In this document: positions 33,206 through 44,875 of the stretch, one piece after another
Layout: each line of letters starts with the position of its first letter
Numbering within the stretch: the first letter of the stretch is position 1
From: Octopus bimaculoides
Taxonomy: Eukaryota
DNA length: 44,875 bases
Assembly: GCF_001194135.2 (NCBI RefSeq)
Contig: NC_068986.1
Coordinates: forward strand, 61,723,597-61,768,471
Reading direction: 5' to 3'
Notes under the pieces: model-generated
Seen by the model: only the letters and a program-made list of their open reading frames with translations
What the model was told of the DNA's origin: nothing
The model's database searches: none
Made by a program: the position numbers and the translations under genes

Positions 33206-33819
33206 ACCCGTTCAAATGACCTGCCAGAAGTTTGGAGCTCTACATTGATACTGTTTATTCTCACATTCTATATTTTTTTTACTCTTTTTCACTAAATTTT
33301 TATGTTACTAAGTATTATACTTCATCTAGAAAAAGGTGCAACATATTACTTTGCCATCTCATTACCATTTCTTCCTTTTATTTAAGTTGAATTTTTTCTT
33401 TTACTTTTAACCATTGTTTAATCTTACTAGGGTGGTGGGTGGCAGATTTGGTAGAGCAATAAGCAAAATGTTTCATGGTATTTAGTTACATTTGTTTATG
33501 TTCTGAGTTCAAATCTCCCCCTTACTAGGACAGTGAACAGAAGAATCAGGAGTGGTAGAATACCAAACAAAATACTGCTCAGTATTTAGCTACTTCTCTT
33601 TATGTATTATCCTAAAATTGCTGGTCATGTGCCACTGTTAGAAATTTTTATTTAAATTCACTACAAGAAGTTGTCTTTCCAATGGTCTTTCTTAAGTATT
33701 ACTTAAATGAAAATTATATTGCAACAAAACATTATTTTTTCCTTCCTTTGCTATAAGTAACATTACATAAAAATCAAAGAAAAATATGATATTGTATGTT
33801 TGTAGGATTCTTTGATGTG

Positions 33820-33825
33820 AATAAA
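33820..33825 (+). terminator. Candidate NPRL2 polyadenylation signal AATAAA
   Basis: AATAAA about 615 nt after the stop codon. The region is very AT-rich, so a chance match is quite possible. Confidence 0.25.
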
Positions 33826-35959
33826 TAATATGTATATATAATATAAAAAGAAAATGTCTAGTATTATTTATTTTTTTTATATTTGTCAAATGTTTTGTTT
33901 TTTTGAAAAGAAATATAAGCTTGCTATAAGTGCCTGCAAAATATTTTTAGCTAACTGAAACTTATTTGGAAAAGAAACCTCTAAGTTCCTAAACTTCTTT
34001 CAATGGGAACGTTTCATTTATTTTTATAAAATAAGTACCAATGAAGTATTGAGAAAATATTTTTGACAATATCCTTCTCTGAAAAGACATGGCCTTTTGT
34101 TTATATTACTATTACTATTCTTTTTGCTTATATTACTATTCTTAGTATTATTACTATGAGTGGTTATCTAGTAGAATCGGCAAATTCGTCGAAAATGACT
34201 TACGATATTGAGTTAGGTCCCTTACCCTTCTTAGTCAGCTTTCCCTATTATTCCTCCAGAGTCAGTGAAATAAATACTAAGTCAGGTATTGTCTAATCAA
34301 CTTTGACTACTGCCTGAAATTTGTGGACGTCTGTCTATGTGCATTAGTAGAAATGGAAGAGTGAATGGTATTTAGTTGTGCACTTTTACATTCTGAATTC
34401 AAATCCCCTCAAGGTAAATTTTGTCTTTCATCCTTACAGGATCAATAAAATAAAGTACCAGTCATGTACTAGGATCAATATAATCGACTATTCTCCTCCA
34501 AAATTTCTAGGCTTGGGCTTATGTTAGAAAATTATTATCATTGTGGTGTAGTAGAAACGATAGATTGTTCAATTAAAAACTTAACAACATTCAGCTTCGT
34601 CCCTCTTCATTTTCAGTTTAAATCTGTCAAGATCAACTTTGCTTGATCATAGAGATTTTTTTTTTTCTTTTAAGTCATTAAAAAAAATTCTGCAGCATAA
34701 ATTCAAATAAAATAAAAAGAGTTCTTTGCTAGTTCAATATTATCATCCTACTCCATATGTTCTCAATACAAGAATCAGGGTGAGAGACCATCTATTTTAC
34801 AAGAGTAAATAAGCTTGTCATTAATCTGATGTAGTATTGTTGGTTATTCCTCTCAACACTATCTCCTGGCAATTAGAAAAAGTCGGAAAATTCTGTAGAT
34901 AAGCAATGCAGGCAGTTGATAGTTTCACATCCTCAACTCCATCTATTTATTCTGAGAGAGAGAGCGCAGGTGATAGGTATTGGTTATTGTGAAAGTTCAG
35001 TGTTCTTTTACCAAGGAGAAAAAATTTGGGGTCTGTTTCACAACTGATTTTCTTTTCCTTATGCAGGCATTTTTCGTTAAGTGTTTGGTTTAAATTCTTG
35101 ATCGTAACAGCTAAATGCAGAAGGTTTTTTTTTTTTTAATCAAACCGCTTGTAATTTTTAAGTTTTTGGAAAGTGTGTTTGGTAAGTAAGAAAAGGAAAT
35201 TTTTATACTTCTGAGGTTCGTGTCTCAATAGCTTATATGGGCGGTTACAGATATCGTTAACTGAAAAACAACGTTCACCCATTGTGTGTTCATACTTACA
35301 TTTCCCTTGAATAAATAATATTTCAAAGTTATTTCCCTTTAAACTCAAGGTGAATCTCGATGGTATAGAGTGAAGTCGAAATTTATAAGTTCCAGCCAAA
35401 ATGTTGCTAGCTATATCTTTTCGTTTTTTGATGTCCATTATCCCAATGTTTTTCTTTGTTTTTTGTATAAATTTCCGAAATTTCCAATTCGAAACTTTTT
35501 TTCACTTCTCATTTTTGACATATAAATGGTAGTAAGCCTATTATGGGATCTAATGAAGTCAAAAGCTTCTTGATTTTTAAAATCAATCAGTTGGACTGTT
35601 TGGAAAATACTATGCTCATATGCTAACTAGCGACAGTTTACAGTGTAACAGTCAGCAATCCTTGATTTTTCATTGTAATCCTGAAATTAAATCAAACAAT
35701 AATTTATTATAATTCTGTTAAATATAGTCTACCAACACTTAATCCTTTTAAAATTCAAATTTTTTTTTAGATTTCTTCCCACAATATATTGAATTTAATA
35801 ATTACTTATATAACAGGTATGTATGATACATATATAATACAAAACCAGAGAAAACACAAACATGAGCAAAGAAAGAAGAAAAAAAGAAAAAACATCAATT
35901 CAACAATAAGTGCTTCAATTGGTCACACCACAAGGTTCAACGGAAGCTATTCAACATGC

Positions 35960-38900
35960 TTGTGACATTACCACGCATGACTGAGAGGCATCTTCACGGG
36001 CATCACCTGACACCTTGGTAGGGTGAGCCACCAACAATCACAAGGGTGATTGTTGAGCTGTCAGCAGCCCAGACCCTTCAAACATCTCTATTTCCAACCG
36101 AATAAGAACTGATCATCAATAAAGAGATAATAGTCGTTTCATTCTAAAATATACCAGGTATTTGCATTCAGATATTTGTGTATATGGATGGCTAGATGAA
36201 GGGATGTGTGCAGAATGAATCTATATATTCCTCTAGCAGATTCAATACTTTTTTTATGATTGTTGAGAATGCATAGTAAAATTCAAAGAATCTTTGAACT
36301 TTGTCACTGTCCTCTTGGTGGAGGCGACGATGTTGTTGTTGTTATTTATTTAGCCACACTATCTTGAAATCTCTGCAAGAACCTTGTCATGTCTCCACTT
36401 GATCGGCCTTTTCCCATTTCCCTTGGGCAACCGGTCAAAATATGGTTCAGGGTGCAATGAGTTGCTTTGCACTGCTTGCAGGATGATTTTTTTTCTTTAC
36501 CCCATACTTTAACAATCGGGGTTGGCAATAGGTTGGTGACAGGAGGGAGGACAGTCTTTCCTGGTTGGAGCTCCCGAGTTCCTTCCAGAATAGTGGGCAC
36601 TCAAGTGCCTGGTCCCACTGCATCCAGTGTCCTCAGTTGAATCATGGATTCTTTGCACTATGAGCTCTCTCCTGCCCCTGGTATTGGTGTTGTAATTGCC
36701 AAGTTCTAGCCATCCTTGACTGACTACTCTGACAATCTCCTGGTGTTTCCAGTATATCTCTGCTTCCTAGAGTTTCCATTTTCTGCCATATTTTGTAGTG
36801 TATCTTTCTCATCTTCAGATTAGCAATGTGGTGATTGCTCTTGCTTTGTGGCTTTGAATTCTTCCACCATTGAAATTGGGAGCTGAGCTTAGAGGTCTTG
36901 CTGTTCAGATTGACTGAGCCTTAACTTTGGGGCAATGCCCAGCCACCTTTGCACAAACTTACAGCATAGCTTTTCCATCACCTCTATCTGAGTCATGGAA
37001 AAGTCGTAAAGCAAAACTGGCCACTGGGTATGAAGCATCATACTTTGAACTTTCCAAGTAGCTGGCTCTTATCAACTGCTCTTAAGCCACTTGCTTATTT
37101 GGGTTTTACTGTTTTGAGTATTGCCAATATCCTTAAGCATAATTTTTTCCAAAGCAGCTCTCCCTTTTCTTGGATTGTTGGTATCCCAGAGCCTGAATGT
37201 TGAAGATATCATTTGTCAGCTTTCCTTTAAGGACATTCAGGCTCCGAGATTTTGCTGGGTCGAACTTCAGGCATGACCATGTGGCCATCTTTTCCAGTGA
37301 GCTCAATGTCCAATGTGTCCCTTTGACTGATGGTGCCTTAACTGTTATGTCCATGGACGCAGTGCAAACTGGATTTCCTATGCTTTTATCAATTTCAGGA
37401 CCTCTCAGTTGCTTCCCTCTTATCTCTAGCAGTAGGTTCATGGCAACCACAAACAACACTATGAATATTGTGCAGCTTGCCATAATGCCTTTTCAAATTG
37501 TTGCCACTCTGGTAAAACTTCTCACATGAACATCATCCTCAGGGAATCCATGTGGGATATTATGAACCAGCTACTTCTGTTGGTACTTGGTGTACCCCAA
37601 TGCACTTTGGAGAAAATGGTGAGGCACACTTGGGTACACTTTGGTAAAATCTACCCATACAGTGGAAAGTGAGTTCTTGTTCCTCCTTGCTTCCTTAAAC
37701 CCTTACCCAGCAAAGATGAGTTAACTGGTCTTCACCCAATTTGCTCTTTTCAGAGTGTGATGAGTAAACTCGTCCAATACATATAATTTCAAAAACAGCT
37801 ACGAGTTTATGTGTCAATTCTCAGTTTCTATCAGTTTTTTTTTTTTTTTAAACAAATTATGCCCAGATGTCGAGCTCAGAAGATGACAATGAGTATGAAC
37901 CTTCTCTTAGAAGCTTGGATACATCAGATGAGAGTGCAAGCTCATCCGATAATGGCTATTCTCTCTTAAGCGAGGAGGAGGAGGATGGATGAATTTGGTG
38001 TCGAAAAAATGCATGATTCTTCCACCACCATGCTTCTCATTCACTGGAAATCCTGGAATATCAGTTCCCCTTTACTTTTGATGATAAAGTTGGAAAAAAA
38101 AAAAGCAATAAATAAAAAAAATATGGGAAGACAAGTTATCTTGTTTTTGCTGAAAATGGTATCTTCAAAATAAAATTTCAAGTAAAACAGATAAAAACAA
38201 ATTATTTCCATAATCAGCATTAAAAATACTATAAAAAAAGCAATAAAGAAATTTGCCTGAAAATGAAAGGTTTTCTCCAAAAAGTCGCCAGGGAAGGGGT
38301 TAATGACATGGCTGATTGACAATGTGTGCTTGAGGCATCCAGAGTAGCCTGGGACCCTGCCTTTCTGGACACTCATGTCAATCAAAAGATCTTCCCTTCA
38401 GCGTCCAAAAGGGAGATCTCTCAAAACTAATCAAATCTCGCTGAGTTTTCCTCTTTTGGGATAAAACAGCCCTCTGCGAGTGTCCAGAGCCAGGGTTCCT
38501 GCTTCTTCTTCCAAATCAAACATGAGCTTTCGCCACCACCGACCTCACTTTCTACAAAGTGAAGTTTGCAATGTTGAAGAGGACGTGGAGTTTGAGCATT
38601 GGCAATGGAAAGGGAAATCTCCTGGGGTTGCCATGCACTGCTGCTATTTTGCTTTCCACTTAAGTTCAGCTGTGAACTGGAAGAGGTTGTTATAAAAGGT
38701 CTTCTTTTGCCTCAACTTCTCTTTGTTTTTTCCCAAGTGAATCTGCTCTCCAAAGCTGGAGTAGGTTTCTTCATAACTCCATGGTAAGTTGGTTTAAAGC
38801 TATTGTATTTTCATCATCCACTTCTTTCCACCTTTTCTTCACCTGTCATAGCTCTTTCCTCAATTCTGCTACCTGACACTACCTCCTACTAGGACTGTTA

Positions 38901-39330
38901 TGCTTGTTGCTTTTCCTTTTCTTCAAACCAAAGGTATTTTGGCATGCCTGGTATACCACTCATGGTTCTTATCTTCCTGGTAGCATCACCCTTCAGAATA
39001 TAGTTCAGGATGATGTTTAAGTCCTTGTCTAACTGGGCTCATCTCATATCTGTTGCTGGTGACAAATTCAGCCGTAGTTTCTTCTTGAACCTCTCAGGAC
39101 TTTCAGATTCATTTACTTCTCTTATGCATTGAGCAAGCTGAGAAAAGAGGCCCTTGGCCCTGGTCCTCCGATGACTGACAAGCAGTGTTGATACTCCCAA
39201 AACTAGGTCTGTGGGTTTTGTGTTGCTCTAGTTGCTCTTTGCATTTCAATTTGCTTTGATGAATCTTCATGCCATGTTCACTTCTAGATACTCTACCACA
39301 GCCATTGCATCTCCTTTGCATTTCACCCTC
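35960..39330 (-). mobile_element. HERO-like (R2-superclade, restriction-like endonuclease) non-LTR retrotransposon, decayed
   Basis: N-terminal C2H2-like CNGCGRVSRSEHGMKIHQSKLKC (39109-39321). RT motifs SVQKGRVPGYSGCLKH, STVWVDFTKVYPSVPH, SCTIFIVLFVVAMN, TASMDIT and KFDPAKSRSL. C-terminal NLLPTP...CKQC...CTLNHILTGC knuckle (36346-36600). A second fragment lies at ~39400-39780. Confidence 0.78.
37699..38299 (+). mobile_element. Non-autonomous (internally deleted) piggyBac, 601 bp, TTAA TSD, inserted in the HERO RT
   Basis: TTAA at 37695-37698 and 38300-38303; imperfect TIRs ACCCTTACCC / GGGAAGGGG. Excision restores the host frame SHVIKEARRNKNSLSTVW. Retains an acidic N-terminal mini-ORF at 37867-37992. 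Confidence 0.85.
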
Positions 39331-39779
39331 CTGTCTTCTCAGTTTGCCTGGGGGTATTCTTCCTGATCCATATTAGTAGCACGGCTTACTGGTGCAGTAC
39401 TTTGAGGTGCTATCCGTAATACTCTTGTGTGGCATCTTTCCAAACGGCCCATTCTTTCATGGATATCAGTTGGTTTTTCCCTTCCACCAATGGGCCTTTC
39501 CCCATGGTTACAAAATTATAGGTGAAATAGACATCAGTGATGCTTCGCCCCACACAAAGTTGCAGGAGTTACTTTTGATACCCTTTGGTGGTGGTAGTGA
39601 TGGCTGGTGTTTATTAGCCTTCACCCATTGCAGATCAATCCACTTGGCAATTTCTGCAAGAACCTGATTCAGGGTGCAATGAGGTGCTTCACACTGCTTG
39701 CAGGATGGGTCTTTTTCTTTACCCCATATTTTAAGATTGTTTTGGGTTGGCAATAGGTCAGTGACAGCACAAAGGAGGA

Positions 39780-40430
39780 ATCTGCCTTTCACTTTAAGAA
39801 AGAGGCCTTTTGTTGTCAGCTGGGGTAGGAGCTCTTTGAACTTTGTCCAGCCTAATCTTATTCTCACAGCTATGCTCCCAGAACAACCATCTCCACTACT
39901 AACATTATTGCCTAGATACCGGAAGCTATCTACTACGTCTAGCTTGCCCCACTGGTAGTTGGAGTCTATTTTCCACACATGTTCAGCATTTATGATGCCT
40001 GTGCACCTTTTATGTGCACCAAAGCTTAAACTAGGTGCATCTTACAGAGTTTCTACCTACTCCTTTTCTACAGATTGAGCAGGGGATTTGTGATTTGTCT
40101 GCTTCCTACTTACTATGACTTTGGTTTTTGCTAGGTTAACTCTAAGGCCTTTTGATTCTAGACCTTGTTTCTATACCGGGAACTTCTTCTCTAGCTCAGG
40201 TAGTGATTCAACTACAAGGGCAAGGTCATCAGCATAAAGGAGCTCCCAGGAGCAGCCTATCTTGAATTCCTGTTATTTCCTGGAGGACTATGATGAATAA
40301 GAGGGGGCTGAGCACTGATACTTGCTGAACCCCTACTTGTATCCTGAATTCTTCACTGTACTCGTTGCCTACCCTCACCTTACTTGTAGTGTCCCTGTAC
40401 AAGGCTCGTACAGCTCTCACCAACCACTCT
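39780..40430 (-). mobile_element. RTE-like LINE RT fragment
   Basis: MVRAVRALYRDTTSKVRVGNEYSEEFRIQVGVQQVSVLSPLLFIIVLQEI, then PWELLYADDL-like and SFRYLGNNVSSGDGCSGS segments; same family as 15220-16472. Confidence 0.8.
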
Positions 40431-41359
40431 ATCCCTAATTTCCTTGTGGGTGGTTCTCTAGAAATTCAAGAAAGCTATGTCAGTTTTTTTGTTTTTTTAC
40501 TGAAGGAGGAGCCTGTCGAATATTTACCAGGCCCTGGGCCAATGTTTCAGCTAACTTCACCTCCCTTAAGGCCCTGGACACATTTATTATACACTGGCTG
40601 AGATACCCAGCATTGCTCGGGATTTAAATGACATAGTTTGTATATATGGTACAGTTAAGTTGAAAGATGCAATACGGAGAAGTGTAGTATTGATGACAAA
40701 ACATTTGTGGAGTAAATGAGGGCTAATTCGACTAAGTGACATGTTATGCATCTGTTTGGAAGATTTCAGGCCCTAACCTTGTCATGGAAAAGTGGGTGGG
40801 AGACACAGGGACTACATCTATGTGATAAATTAAGCCTGTGGGTGTGCTTAACAGACCACATGAAAGAAATGACATGGTAAGTGGGCGGTTGACATGGAAG
40901 CAGTTGAAAACAGCACTGTCATGTGATATTTTGGTTTGGAATCAATAGTCGTGGTTCAAACCATACACTTCTTCACGTAAACAGCATGCAACCATTGGAA
41001 GGACAACTCAGCTCCCAAACGAAAACAATTCTGCATACACAATTCTGCAAGATCACATTAAAGACACAGTCTCTAACTAACATGGTTCAGTCTTAGACAC
41101 CATAAATTAGTTGGTTAATGTACATGCAATATTTCGGGTTTTAATCAATAGCTGAAGAATATTTGTATGGGCTTCATCTATGCTTAGAAGGAAGACTTTG
41201 ATACTGAAGCTAAAAGAAAATAATTGAATAGTTGCTCAGGATGTTTGAAGTCTATATCAGTTCATCCATTTAATACACCCTACTTACATAATTTCAGTAG
41301 CTGTTTTTTTCCAGTTTGAACAGAAGCAATGTGTGGACCATGTGGGCAGTCATACGTAC

Positions 41360-41765
41360 CCCAGGAAAGAGGGTTTTCTGGCCCCTGGGGGCCCCATTAC
41401 TCATTATGTGAAAAATTTTAAGAGTCTAAAGCCATCTCTGGAACATAAATAATGTATGTTCCCAGTTTGGAGAAAACTTAGTTGTGAACTTTAGAAGTTT
41501 TGTAGGTTTACACCTATGCACACACATCCTCAGTTTTATATATATAAAATATAGTATAGTATAGGTAGAGAAATTAACATAAGTATGTCATCAAGAGTAA
41601 TGTCCCTTGAACCAATGAAGCAACCAAGTTATGCAATCATTTGTATTGTTTACCCAGGAAAGAGGGTTTTCTGCCCCTAGGGGCCCCATTACTCATTATG
41701 TGAAAAATTTTAAGAGTCTAAAACCATCTCTGGAACATAAGTAATGTATGTTCCCAGTTTGGAGA
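41360..41765. repeat. ~114-bp direct repeat pair (41360-41473, 41653-41765) next to the Helitron terminus
   Basis: cccaggaaagagggttttctg...catctctggaacataa...ttcccagtttggaga occurs twice with few differences. Confidence 0.9.
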
Positions 41766-41768
41766 TTA

Positions 41769-42760
41769 CTAGCTGAATTACCTGGAAAACCGGGGGTTAT
41801 TTCCAGTTTCGAATAAATACAGTTTCATGTCCTATCCCACTCCCTGTTCAGTTCACATTTAAATTACAAATAGATTTAGAAATACATGGTGATCTGGGAT
41901 AGATTTACAAATACCGGCAAGTAATACAGTTGAATCATAATATCGATTGATTGTACTGGTAAGGTAATATCAAAATGGAAGGATGAGAGGATTGATGATG
42001 TGCAAGTATGAAACAACTGATTGATGGTTGATTATTATCGATTTTGCAGAGTTGCTTGATATACATTTTTGGTCAAATGATTTGGATTGCCGACTCTTGA
42101 GCATCCTACATACAGTTGGCCATGCGAAAAAAACAGGTTCTGCAAGGTTTAGGCTTACCATGTCCAAGGACTGTCCCTAGGCCTTGTTTATGGTCATTGC
42201 AAAACTCAGTTGTACAGGAAATTGCAGTCACTTGAACTTAAATGGCATGTCAGAAGGAATCAGCAAAATTCATGGTATGAAGACAACCTCACCATTTGCT
42301 TTGCCAGTGAGAATGGTTGCTTCTAAGAGTCTTTGCATTATCATGTTGATTGTAAGTCGTATGCCTTTGCAAAGCTTGGGTGAGTCCAGGTTTCTTAGAA
42401 CATGACTGGTGCACCAATCTTGAGGTGCAAGTTGTAAGGTGAGAGGCCTATTGGTGCCAGGCTATTCAAAAGTTTTGTGGGATAGTTCACAACTTCATCG
42501 GAGTTGAGCACAGAGTCAATTGACTTATAGTTACAATGCTCACAAGGCAGCTGATCCAGGAGTTTGATGTTCAAATCACCCACTGCCACGTTCTTTGGTG
42601 CTAAGATGGCACATGTTCTCATCCAGGGTTGGTCTTTAAATTGAATCCCCAGGTTTGGAAACACTCTTGCTATTAGTTCCTGTATACCTGATACAATGTG
42701 TTCAAAAGGCAAACTAACCATATTGGTAAAGTTTTAATAAATCTTAATACAGTGATTTGA
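41769..42760 (-). mobile_element. Helitron 3' fragment: PIF1-like helicase C-terminus and CTAG 3' terminus
   Basis: CAILAPKN, YKSIDSV...VNYPTKLLNSL..GLSPYNLHLKIGAPVM, LRNLDSPKLCKGIRL, QFPVQLSFAMTINKA-GQSL (helicase motifs). Minus-strand end CTGGAAA...TTTCCAG hairpin followed by CTAG|T at 41769-41772. Confidence 0.85.
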
Positions 42761-42799
42761 AAACAAATATAAAAACACTTCACCTTACATTTATTAAAC

Positions 42800-43010
42800 A
42801 TCTGTTGGAGTGAGGTGGTATGGGCATGTATTGAGGAGGGATGAAGAGAATGTTCTGAGGAAGGTGATTGCATTTCAGGTAAATGGAGTGCGAAAGTGAG
42901 GTAGATCAAGGAAAAGGTGGAGGAAGGGATTGAGAAGGTTGGTTTAAAAAAGGAGGATGCCCAAAACCAGGCGAGATGGTGTGAGGGCGGTTGCAACAAA
43001 ACCCAGATTT
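42800..43010 (+). mobile_element. RTE-like LINE C-terminal fragment
   Basis: gtgaggtggtatgggcatgtattgaggagggatgaagag = VRWYGHVLRRDEENVLRK, then a GR(S)RKRW-like segment. Confidence 0.65.
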
Positions 43011-43596
43011 AAAATATTGGAGGAGGATGATGATGTTGGACATACTATAAAAGTTTTGACTGAGCATACGATAGTTAATTCACTAAAATATGTGTTAAGT
43101 GATAGGAAAAAAATAAAAGAACAAAGTATCAAAATTAAAAATTGCCCAACAATTCTATGGAAGAAAAAACAAAGTATTAAAATTAAAAATTGCCCAAATG
43201 TTTCAGTAAGTTGGTAAAGTTTTAATAAATCTTAATATGGTTATTTGGAAGCAAATATAAAAACACTTTACCTTTCACAAAGATTTAGCCAGCCCGAGGC
43301 TAAAGTAGAAGACACTTACCCAAGGTGTCACACAGTGGAACAGAACCTGGAACCATAGGGTTTGGAAGCAAGCTTCTTTATTTCATTAAAATTCGCCATT
43401 GGAGGCATTACAGAGAGGGGACAAACAAGGACAGACAAACATAAGGGGGAAGAAGCTTAAACGTTTTTTTTAAAATTTTACAAGTTATGAATAAATTAAA
43501 ATATGATTGAAAATTGATTTAAAAATTAATTTTAAAATATTACACAAGAAATCATTGCGCTTTGCAATGAGGCAGCTAGAAGGAAGGCACCTGACC

Positions 43597-44062
43597 NNNN
43601 NNNNNNNNNNNNNNNNNNNNNNNNNNNNNNNNNNNNNNNNNNNNNNNNNNNNNNNNNNNNNNNNNNNNNNNNNNNNNNNNNNNNNNNNNNNNNNNNNNNN
43701 NNNNNNNNNNNNNNNNNNNNNNNNNNNNNNNNNNNNNNNNNNNNNNNNNNNNNNNNNNNNNNNNNNNNNNNNNNNNNNNNNNNNNNNNNNNNNNNNNNNN
43801 NNNNNNNNNNNNNNNNNNNNNNNNNNNNNNNNNNNNNNNNNNNNNNNNNNNNNNNNNNNNNNNNNNNNNNNNNNNNNNNNNNNNNNNNNNNNNNNNNNNN
43901 NNNNNNNNNNNNNNNNNNNNNNNNNNNNNNNNNNNNNNNNNNNNNNNNNNNNNNNNNNNNNNNNNNNNNNNNNNNNNNNNNNNNNNNNNNNNNNNNNNNN
44001 NNNNNNNNNNNNNNNNNNNNNNNNNNNNNNNNNNNNNNNNNNNNNNNNNNNNNNNNNNNNNN
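43597..44062. other. Assembly gap (466 N)
   Basis: N run. Confidence 0.97.
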
Positions 44063-44875
44063 AATCTCACTCAGCTTGCGCTCCACAGACTTCCATCTTT
44101 TCGTAAACATATCCCGTGACAGGCACTTTCTCTCCAGCCTGATCTTACTACTGAGGTGGTAACTAAAAAAGTTAACCAACCCCTGGCCAGAGACAAAGGT
44201 ACCTTCCATACTGTTTCTTTCAGTATGGCTACTACGCAGAAAAAACAGGCCTTCCTTTCCCTGTTAAGGAAAGGAGGTGGTACAGTCTCGATGATAGACT
44301 CAGCTGATAGCTGTACTCTTCCTATTACTGACAACAGTTGTTCTGCAAAGGCTATCAGTCCCAACAACTCCGAACAGTCCACAAATGCGTGCAAGACGGT
44401 TTCCCTATCTTGCCCACATCTAGGGCATGTCGGCGAGACGGCACTTCCGTGCCTTGACAGCTTGTTGCAAACAGGTAACGCCGCTTGGAAACATTGCCAA
44501 GCCAGGGATTTCTGTTAATTATCCAGATACCCCGGCCCGAACATTCTCCTAAACAGGCTGACCAACTGACTTTCATCGTAGCCTAGGGTCCCCCCCAAGG
44601 CATCTTCTGACATAACCCACTATAAAAATCCATGGTGGAACTCCTGCTGCCGGCATTGCCCGCCCGAGAGAGTAGCTGGAGCGCCTGGCGGCACTCCAGA
44701 TGCCAGTCTCCCAGCTTAGGTCACTGCTTAATCCATGTACCAATGTCCGTTAAGGACACTAACTTGGGAAGGAAGAACCGAACGTGCGGTGACCACACCT
44801 GTTCTCCATCCAGGTAAAGCCAGAAGTGCCTCAACCTTAACGCGAGTTTTCGCATCCTCAGCCAAGGCATCCCTA
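44063..44875 (-). mobile_element. L1/Tx1-like LINE ORF2 C-terminal region (zf-RVT knuckle), GC-rich
   Basis: Minus strand reads LAWQCFQAALPVCNKLSRHGSAVSPTCPRCGQDRETVLHAFVDC followed by EQLLSVIGRVQLSAES. Clade assignment is tentative. Confidence 0.65.

Noticed and set aside
35136-35438. C2-domain resemblance of the peptide (TYKF...HTMGE..FSVNDI)
   Set aside because: Only a few scattered residues match by eye and the Ca-binding Asp pattern is absent; not supportable without a profile search.
39508-39978. 156-aa ORF as a novel fusion protein
   Set aside because: It is a chance in-frame junction of an RTE RT fragment (to ~39780) and a HERO knuckle fragment, both decayed.

Overview
AT-rich eukaryotic (animal) genomic DNA with four N gaps. 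The SINE, RTE-tail and microsatellite repertoire looks like an octopus/cephalopod genome; this is recognition from repeat types, not a database result. The only host gene I can support is NPRL2 (GATOR1 subunit) on the + strand. Eight coding exons are readable with canonical GT-AG ends, corresponding to human exons 3-5 and 7-11, with the stop at 33203-33205. Exon 6 is missing and is probably in the gap at 8511-8967; exons 1-2 appear to lie upstream of the window. The rest is dominated by decayed, often nested transposons: a CsRn1-type Gypsy with both LTRs and a TSD, three solo LTRs, a full-length DD36E Tc1, two piggyBac derivatives, a Tigger/pogo, a Helitron 3' end, RTE-, HERO- and L1/Tx1-like LINE fragments, and several SINE families. 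The most unusual item is a ~500-bp fold-back element at 856-1345. Each arm reads outward as a tRNA-like Pol III head followed by a degenerate Penelope-type minimal hammerhead ribozyme. Also notable: a perfect 56-bp palindrome in the last NPRL2 intron, a G-N-A-G pattern in all four LTR target-site duplications, and reciprocal CpG decay between paired LTRs. Nearly all ORFs in the supplied track are spurious, gap-spanning or TE remnants.
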